DNA of 32,000 bases from Candidatus Nanopusillus sp. GTDB taxonomy: Archaea > Nanobdellota > Nanobdellia > Nanobdellales > Nanobdellaceae. Location: NCBI GenBank assembly GCA_049414405.1, contig JBMSAQ010000015.1, positions 30,001 to 62,000 of the forward strand. The letters run 5' to 3'. Both the position numbers and the translations under genes were made by a program. Shown one piece after another: positions 17,627 to 23,770 of the stretch. Below the pieces are notes generated by a model. That model was not told the origin of the DNA. It did no database searches and worked only from the letters and a program-made list of their open reading frames with translations. Position 1 is the stretch's first letter. Each line of letters opens with the position of its first letter.

Positions 17627-18825
17627 AAAAACAAGATAAAATTTTATTTCTTTTATATCTATTAATATTCTTATTTTTTACTTTTGATAGTAAATTTGAT
17701 ATAAATGTAATTATCTTTGGTACAATATACCTATTCTTATTATCTTTTATATTAAAAAATTCAAAGAATACTTCTTTGATATATAAGTCGGTATTCTTAC
17801 TTATACCAATTATAATTTTTGGAACTCTCTATTATCAAGATTGGCCCTTATTAGCACGTTTATCGCTTGGTCTTGCAATAAATTATTGGCTATTTTACTT
17901 TATAGCATTTGCTCTAGGATATTATTTATTTGAAAATAATTTTTATATTTCAAAAAAATCTTTGATATTTTATGTACTTTCTTTAGTTTTATTTATAATA
18001 TTATTTTTCCTTGAAATAGTAATCAACGTTATAACCATGGATTTAGAAGTAGCAACAGGACCTATAGTCGGTTCGGTCATTAACTTTGCATTATCAAATT
18101 TTTATACTTTCAAAATATTATATTCAACTTTGTTTATTGTATTTGCTATATTTCTATTTCTAGTTATACGTTTTAATAGAAATGAAATACTTATAGTAAG
18201 AACAAAAATATTCAAGAAGTTGTCAGAAATTTATAAATATAAAAAGTATATATTTTTATCAATATTTTTTATTATAATAATACAACTTATTATTGCTATA
18301 TATGGATTATCATTCTATAGTAATCTAGCTTCAGAAAGTTTAATTGTAAAATATCAAATCACTGTATATAAAGCTCTTATACTTTTATCAATATTTGAAT
18401 TTATTATTTATTTTTTAATTTATAAGAGCATGAAAAACGATCATTTCACAAATTATTTCTTATTATTTACCATGGTTTTAATAATATTCTTTGGTGCATT
18501 ATTCACATCGTACAAAGATTTTGCTTCTTATGCCATACATACAAGATATCTTATGGCTGTGATATTTTTCTTCATGGGAATGCATTATAAACTATTTAGT
18601 AATGTTAAAAAACCAATTAAAAAAGCCATTGGTATTACAATTGGAATATTACTTCTAATACAAGTTATAATTGGAGAACTGCTCGAATTTGCAGTATATG
18701 GAGGTCCCCCATTAAGTATATTAGCTATACCAAATATAATGAAAATACTTGGCATAATACATGGACCAGTGGTAACAATACTCATATTAACACTTATATA
18801 TCTTCATGTTAAGTTAGAAATATGA
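17620..18825 (+). CDS. Polytopic integral membrane protein of unknown function (operon gene 10)
   Basis: About 10-12 hydrophobic helices across 401 aa, with no recognisable catalytic motif. The start overlaps the upstream stop (ATGGTAA). Confidence 0.6.
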   Translation: MVKKQDKILFLLYLLIFLFFTFDSKFDINVIIFGTIYLFLLSFILKNSKNTSLIYKSVFLLIPIIIFGTLYYQDWPLLARLSLGLAINYWLFYFIAFALGYYLFENNFYISKKSLIFYVLSLVLFIILFFLEIVINVITMDLEVATGPIVGSVINFALSNFYTFKILYSTLFIVFAIFLFLVIRFNRNEILIVRTKIFKKLSEIYKYKKYIFLSIFFIIIIQLIIAIYGLSFYSNLASESLIVKYQITVYKALILLSIFEFIIYFLIYKSMKNDHFTNYFLLFTMVLIIFFGALFTSYKDFASYAIHTRYLMAVIFFFMGMHYKLFSNVKKPIKKAIGITIGILLLIQVIIGELLEFAVYGGPPLSILAIPNIMKILGIIHGPVVTILILTLIYLHVKLEI

Positions 18826-20057
18826 GAAATCAAACAGAAAGTATTTATGTAGTTCTATTTTTAACAGTTTCTATATTGATAATTCTTCTATCTTTTTATG
18901 CGCTAACATATAGTTACAATCAGAATGTTGTTTTTGGTAGATTTACATCTTTATCGACTTTATCAAACTACCTTTTAGGATATTTACAAACAGCATTAAC
19001 ACAAGAAGGTTATGCAAAATCTTATGTAGCAGGAACAAGTGGTTGGGGAAAAGAAAACTGGGCCTCTTTTCCTCCTCAGTGCATATTACCACAACCATGT
19101 GAAAATGCAATTCAATATTACAATAATTTGATAACTTCTGGATTTACAAGCTTAATAAGTTATGGAGAACAATATTTATTTGCATATAGGTACTATCATC
19201 CGTATAATATATCTTTCAATTTCTCAAACAATTATCGAGCTGGTCTTCTAGGAACCTGTGATGACGTTGTTTCTGGAAGATATAATTATAGTTTTCCCAT
19301 TTATGTTCAGGGAGTATATATAAATATTACCGGACCTTCTTCTGGTTCAATAATCCCCTATGCATCAACATCAAATATAACGAACAATCCAGCATTTTAT
19401 TTATATAATTTAGCATATCAATTTTCTTTAGAAGAATTTCCAGAATGTTCCTTTCAAGATTGTGTAAATACATTATTTAATAGCGGTCCAACCGACAACT
19501 GTGCAAGAAGATTTGAACAATTCTCAAATAATCCAGATATTAAATGTAATGAAACAATAATCCCACATGAATGTGTAGATATTCCGTTATGTAAGATATG
19601 TTTATATCCCAGAGCAATTGCCTGTAGAGTAATATTAAAATGTTCTGACAATCGATATAATGTATATTTTAATGGGAATGCATATCCGCAATCCATAGCT
19701 ATTACTTCAATAGTTTTTTATGAAAATGTAACAAACAAGTATTATCTAAATTGTATATATAAATGTGTTGGAATATACAATGAAACAAATAAGACAGCGA
19801 TATCGAAAAGTTGCACATTACAAGATCAACAATATTCATGTTCCCCAATATATGGATGTGGTGATGTAAGCATAAGTAGGAAAGATTCAAAAATAATATT
19901 TACATTCCCATATTATTATTCAATTCCAGTTGAATGTTATATGTGTATAATCGGTGGAGAAGAATGTCCAGTATGTTTGCCCGGACAATGTCCTAACAAC
20001 CCAACATGCCCAGAAACAATACCATTCCCAGAGGAATGTATAGAAGATTATCTCTAA
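18822..20057 (+). CDS. Large cysteine-rich (24 Cys) N-terminally anchored secreted protein (operon gene 11)
   Basis: MRNQ-TESIYVVLFLTVSILIILLSF N-terminus and a C-terminal Cys cluster (ECYMCIIGGEECPVCLPGQCPNNPTCPETIPFPEEC). ATGA overlap with the upstream gene. Confidence 0.6.
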   Translation: MRNQTESIYVVLFLTVSILIILLSFYALTYSYNQNVVFGRFTSLSTLSNYLLGYLQTALTQEGYAKSYVAGTSGWGKENWASFPPQCILPQPCENAIQYYNNLITSGFTSLISYGEQYLFAYRYYHPYNISFNFSNNYRAGLLGTCDDVVSGRYNYSFPIYVQGVYINITGPSSGSIIPYASTSNITNNPAFYLYNLAYQFSLEEFPECSFQDCVNTLFNSGPTDNCARRFEQFSNNPDIKCNETIIPHECVDIPLCKICLYPRAIACRVILKCSDNRYNVYFNGNAYPQSIAITSIVFYENVTNKYYLNCIYKCVGIYNETNKTAISKSCTLQDQQYSCSPIYGCGDVSISRKDSKIIFTFPYYYSIPVECYMCIIGGEECPVCLPGQCPNNPTCPETIPFPEECIEDYL

Positions 20058-20065
20058 TATGAAAG

Positions 20066-20713
20066 ATGAAAGGACAATTTTCTATAGTATTTATAACAAT
20101 ATTAACTGTATTATTTTTATTAGGTATGGTGCTTTTATTAGCAATATTTTCTAGCATTAATTTAACAAATTATAAAGAGCAAACTTCTTTTTCATATCAA
20201 CAAAAAATAATATACAGCCTATTTTCTCCAAATTGTATAGGATATCCAAATTATCCAATATACTTTACAACAATGGAAAAAATAAGACAATTCAATCAAA
20301 CATATTATAATATGCTTCCAAATTGTACAATATTTCCTTATACATTTAGAGCAGAAATTGGTAATTATAGTTTTGGAATTATAAATTTTAATGGAAATTG
20401 TAATACGCATACGTATCCAATTTCAGTATATTATTCTTTAGATTATATCAAATTAACCATATGTAAAAATTATTATTCAGACTTTTATTATTTCTTATAT
20501 AGTTTTTGTTTGAGTGATAAAAATATTTCAAATCAAACTTTTGTATTTCTATTTCCAACAAATTTATCTGGAAATATTACATGTACAGAAAATACAAATG
20601 GAAATATTATATGTAATTACATACCATGTTATTCAGTAAATAATATTACATTTTATCAACTTGTAACAGTATATGTAAAAAGAATTAATCAAACACATTT
20701 CATGATTGCATAG
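20066..20713 (+). CDS. Pilin-like protein with a canonical class III signal (operon gene 12)
   Basis: MKG-QFSIVFITILTVLFLLGMVLLLAIF matches the archaeal prepilin pattern [KR]-G followed by Q and a hydrophobic stretch. It has 8 Cys and many N-x-S/T sequons. Confidence 0.65.
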   Translation: MKGQFSIVFITILTVLFLLGMVLLLAIFSSINLTNYKEQTSFSYQQKIIYSLFSPNCIGYPNYPIYFTTMEKIRQFNQTYYNMLPNCTIFPYTFRAEIGNYSFGIINFNGNCNTHTYPISVYYSLDYIKLTICKNYYSDFYYFLYSFCLSDKNISNQTFVFLFPTNLSGNITCTENTNGNIICNYIPCYSVNNITFYQLVTVYVKRINQTHFMIA

Positions 20714-21536
20714 ATTTATTAAAGATTGCTATTGATTCAATAACAATTTTTGCAGCTAAATTATCACATATTTCATTTGAAAATAATTCTACTAAATCAA
20801 AACCAATTAAATTGATATTTTTTAATTCTTTTATAATCTTAAAATAATGATATGGTCTAATTCCAATGCCTTCTAACCAATGTCCACATCCTGTATCAAA
20901 TACGTCTATATCAACCGAAATATATAAATTTTTATTTTCTAATATATTTGCTATCTCCTCTGAAATTTCTTTTATATTATCCCAAACATCCAAAGGATTA
21001 TAATACTTTATCCCCCATTCCCCTATTATATTCTTTTCTTCAAATGACAAATTAGATATACCAACAAAGATGATTTTTTCAGGTTCAATATAATTTTCCT
21101 TTATTAAATGATAAATAAAACTTTGATAATTTGAATATGGATCAGGATGAATATCTGGGTGAGCATCGAAATACAATAAGTAAAAATCTCCCCAGTTCTC
21201 TTTAACAATTTTTAATATTGGATATGTTATTGAATGGTCCCCCCCTAAAAATACATATTTTTTATCTTTTCTATATATTTTTTTAATCTCCTTATATATT
21301 TTTTCATATAATTTATCCAGATCTTTTATATCTTCCAACTCTATATCGCCATAATCATATATATCTTCCACATTTATTTTTCCAAATATTGGAGAAAATA
21401 TTCTGTAAGATGCATTCCTAATAGATTCGGGCCCTTCGATATAATTTTTTACATGTGATAAACTACCAATTTCTGATGGAATTCCAACAATTATCCATTT
21501 CGATTTATTATATTCACCTTTAGCATGTGCAAACAT
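20700..21536 (-). CDS. speB: Ureohydrolase family protein (agmatinase/arginase-like)
   Basis: The Mn-ligand motifs GGDHSITYP, FDAHPDIHPD and SVDIDVFD are all present. The loop after the third motif (DTGCGHWLEGIG) diverges from the usual DPxxAPGxG. Confidence 0.75.
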   Translation of the reverse strand: MFAHAKGEYNKSKWIIVGIPSEIGSLSHVKNYIEGPESIRNASYRIFSPIFGKINVEDIYDYGDIELEDIKDLDKLYEKIYKEIKKIYRKDKKYVFLGGDHSITYPILKIVKENWGDFYLLYFDAHPDIHPDPYSNYQSFIYHLIKENYIEPEKIIFVGISNLSFEEKNIIGEWGIKYYNPLDVWDNIKEISEEIANILENKNLYISVDIDVFDTGCGHWLEGIGIRPYHYFKIIKELKNINLIGFDLVELFSNEICDNLAAKIVIESIAIFNKSMQS

Positions 21537-21569
21537 TAAACTAAAATAATTATCATACTTATATTTTTA

Positions 21570-22184
21570 ATGGATAAAAGAAAGATGATTGATGAATTAA
21601 ATAATCAGATATCAAAATGTACTAGATGTCCCTTATATAAATATAAAACAAATTATGTTCCTGGAGACGGTAATCCAAATTCAAGAATATTATTTATAGG
21701 AGAAGCACCGGGTAGGGAAGAGGATAAACAAGGAAAACCATTCGTTGGAAAAGCTGGACAAGTATTGAATGAAAATATAAAAAATATATTAAACATAGAT
21801 AGAGGTGATGTGTATATAATCAATGTTGTTAAATGTAGACCTCCAGAAAATAGAGAACCAAAAGAAGAAGAAATAAAAGCATGTTCTTTTTGGTTAGAAA
21901 AGCAATTAGAAATAATTCAGCCAGAAATAATAATAACTTTAGGTCATTATTCAACAAAATGGATTTTCGATTATTTCAAATTAAAATTTTTTTCAATAAC
22001 AAAATTAAGGGGAAAAATATTTAAAGTAAATAAATGGGGAAAAAATATCACAATAATACCAACATTGCACCCAGCATCTACATTATATCATAAAGAATGG
22101 AGAGAATATTTTGATCAAGATTTTAAAACAATAAAAGAAATATTAAATAAAGATAAAAAGGAAGGAATATTAAAATTTATATGA
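21570..22184 (+). CDS. udg: Uracil-DNA glycosylase, family 4 (Fe-S type)
   Basis: CTRCPL...[47 protein letters not shown], and LHPAS. Confidence 0.9.
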   Translation: MDKRKMIDELNNQISKCTRCPLYKYKTNYVPGDGNPNSRILFIGEAPGREEDKQGKPFVGKAGQVLNENIKNILNIDRGDVYIINVVKCRPPENREPKEEEIKACSFWLEKQLEIIQPEIIITLGHYSTKWIFDYFKLKFFSITKLRGKIFKVNKWGKNITIIPTLHPASTLYHKEWREYFDQDFKTIKEILNKDKKEGILKFI

Positions 22185-22231
22185 TGATGTTGCGCGCGAC
22201 TGAATAAATGATGAATACACCTCCTTCCTGA
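22181..22231 (+). ncRNA. C/D box sRNA (2'-O-methylation guide)
   Basis: All four boxes match consensus: C box AUGAUGA (22181-22187), D' box CUGA (22200-22203), C' box AUGAUGA (22208-22214) and D box CUGA (22228-22231). A 12-nt guide lies at 22188-22199 and a 13-nt guide at 22215-22227. The element forms a GC-rich island in AT-rich sequence. Confidence 0.75.
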
Positions 22232-22233
22232 AA

Positions 22234-22241
22234 AAATATAA
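22234..22241 (+). promoter_or_regulatory. Candidate TATA-like element (AAATATAA) for the 22265 gene
   Basis: The centre is 27.5 nt upstream of the ATG at 22265, directly after the sRNA D box. Confidence 0.3.
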
Positions 22242-22264
22242 GATAGTTTAAATATTAATTAATT

Positions 22265-22651
22265 ATGGATAATATTCAAGATTTAGAAAACCAATTATTA
22301 ACTCAAATCAAGAATTTATTATCACAAATAAATAGCAATATTTTGCAATTAGAAAGTTTAAATGCATATGAAAAAAATATTAATGAGAACCCTTACTATT
22401 TATATAATTATCAAATGCAAGAAATTAATAATTTAATAAATTCAATGAAGTTATTAATAGGTGTTTTGGAAAGTATAAAGGATTATATAACTCTATATTA
22501 TAAAGAAATAAGTAGAAACCCTTATATAACACCAAGTATAAAAATAGAAATTCTTGGACAGATAAATAATGGAATAAAAGAAGTAAAAAGTTTGATAGAT
22601 AAATTGTTTATAGAGATAGAAATATTAACTAATAATTTACAGAGATTTTAA
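22265..22651 (+). CDS. Hypothetical protein, predicted helical or coiled-coil
   Basis: 128-aa ORF with heptad-like Leu/Ile/Asn/Gln-rich sequence. No recognisable family. Confidence 0.45.
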   Translation: MDNIQDLENQLLTQIKNLLSQINSNILQLESLNAYEKNINENPYYLYNYQMQEINNLINSMKLLIGVLESIKDYITLYYKEISRNPYITPSIKIEILGQINNGIKEVKSLIDKLFIEIEILTNNLQRF

Positions 22652-22957
22652 ATACTCTATTGAATAATTTAACATATCATCATTTATATCCAAACCTTCA
22701 ATTATATATCTAAATTTTTTCTTTGGAACCAAAATTTTAAATGGCTTTAATTTTTTATAATATTGAACTAATTCGAAATTTGAATTATATAGATAAATAT
22801 CCAATGGTTTTAAACAAAAGAATGTGTGAACAAATCCTCCTTCAACATCTTTTTTTAGATCTAAAATATATATAGTATCTTTTTTTGGTAATTGAAACAT
22901 TAAACCAATAAAAGATCTAATAGGACCAAAATATTTTATACTATATTTGTATTCCAA
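22637..22957 (-). CDS. DUF192-like (COG1430) small protein
   Basis: RSFIGLMF...GFVHTFFCLKPLDIYLYNSNFELV...FRYIIEG follows the DUF192 pattern (rGLMf ... ihT..m..pLDi.f.d....v ... yvlE). Assigned by pattern only. Confidence 0.5.
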   Translation of the reverse strand: MEYKYSIKYFGPIRSFIGLMFQLPKKDTIYILDLKKDVEGGFVHTFFCLKPLDIYLYNSNFELVQYYKKLKPFKILVPKKKFRYIIEGLDINDDMLNYSIEYLKSL

Positions 22958-23144
22958 TTTCTTTTATATATCTTTTTTCTATTTTTTGCTTAAATTCTGT
23001 ATATCCACAATATCCACAATGACACCTATCCTTGTGTTCTGCCATAAATCTTCCACATTTTGGACACACTTTTTTTAACCTAACTACCTTATCTTCTTCA
23101 ACCTTGTATAATTTTAATATTCTCAAATCTTTCTCTTTACTCAT
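22941..23144 (-). CDS. rps27ae: 30S ribosomal protein eS31 (S27ae)
   Basis: Zinc ribbon CPKCGRFMAEHKDRCHCGYCGYTE, located directly downstream of rps24e as in the conserved archaeal pair. Confidence 0.85.
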   Translation of the reverse strand: MSKEKDLRILKLYKVEEDKVVRLKKVCPKCGRFMAEHKDRCHCGYCGYTEFKQKIEKRYIKEIGIQI

Positions 23145-23425
23145 TGTATAATCTTATTCCTTTTTAATATATGTTTTGGCTCTAATTTTTTCATATCTTC
23201 TTCATTTTGATATACATTTACAAATGCTTTTGATCTTTGCTTTCCAAATTCTGTCAATATTTTTTCTACCACAATTAAGTTTTTATTTTTTCCAATCATT
23301 GCTGAAATTTTTTCCCTTATATCATCCCTCTTTGGTGTTGATTCATTTTTATGATCTATCAAAACAATAATTTCTTCTCTATTCAATAATTGATTATTTT
23401 CCCTGCTTATTATTTTTAGATCCAT
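23141..23425 (-). CDS. rps24e: 30S ribosomal protein eS24 (S24e)
   Basis: ENNQLLNREEIIVLIDHKNESTPKRDDIREKISAMIG...FGKQRSKAFVNVYQNEEDMKKLEPKHILKRN is typical eS24. ATGA overlap with rps27ae. Confidence 0.9.
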   Translation of the reverse strand: MDLKIISRENNQLLNREEIIVLIDHKNESTPKRDDIREKISAMIGKNKNLIVVEKILTEFGKQRSKAFVNVYQNEEDMKKLEPKHILKRNKIIQ

Positions 23426-23449
23426 GTAATTAATTTATATGATATAATT

Positions 23450-23457
23450 TTTTAAAA
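23450..23457. promoter_or_regulatory. Palindromic A/T element TTTTAAAA near the midpoint of the 54-bp divergent rps24e / 23480 intergenic region
   Basis: The centre (23453.5) lies 28.5 nt from the minus-strand ATG (23425) and 26.5 nt from the plus-strand ATG (23480). Confidence 0.3.
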
Positions 23458-23479
23458 TAATGAGTAACATTATTATAAA

Positions 23480-23770
23480 ATGAACGATATTGTCGCAATA
23501 ACTTATGGTTTATCATTCTTAGTAGGATATTTATCAGCAGATTATATAATTAAAAAATTTTCGCCAGAATTATTTATTGAAATTAAAACACAGACAAAAA
23601 AATATAGGACAAAAATCCATCATGTATATTTATCAATAATCGGGATGTTAACATATTTATATGAATTATATGTATTAACATCTTTGTTTCTCGGTGCTGC
23701 AATTCATGATGCAATATTAGAAATAAGAAAGAAGTTAAAAAAATTAGATTATATTAAGCAAAATAAATAA
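23480..23770 (+). CDS. Small membrane protein (2-3 TM helices), unknown function
   Basis: 96-aa ORF with hydrophobic segments (IVAITYGLSFLVGYL, VYLSIIGMLTYLYELYVLTSLFLGAAI). Its 3' end overlaps the convergent surface-protein gene by 27 nt. Confidence 0.45.
   Translation: MNDIVAITYGLSFLVGYLSADYIIKKFSPELFIEIKTQTKKYRTKIHHVYLSIIGMLTYLYELYVLTSLFLGAAIHDAILEIRKKLKKLDYIKQNK

Noticed and set aside
17620-18825. The 401-aa polytopic membrane protein as the missing prepilin peptidase (PibD/FlaK)
   Set aside because: No paired catalytic Asp motifs (GxGD-like or similar) could be found in the sequence, and the helix count and length do not fit. It is left as an unknown membrane protein.
18585-20410. Minus-strand ORFs at 18585-18785, 19454-19696, 19702-19890 and 20219-20410, and 23176-23370(+), 28193-28468(+), 31065-31277(-)
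   Set aside because: All are antisense to longer, better-supported genes (including rps24e, lonB and tfb) and have low-complexity products.
9280-20713. Interpreting the operon as an archaellum (fla) locus
   Set aside because: No archaellin-type conserved domain and no FlaH/FlaI/FlaF/FlaG-like sequences were found. The proteins are cysteine-rich with large heterogeneous ectodomains, unlike archaellins.
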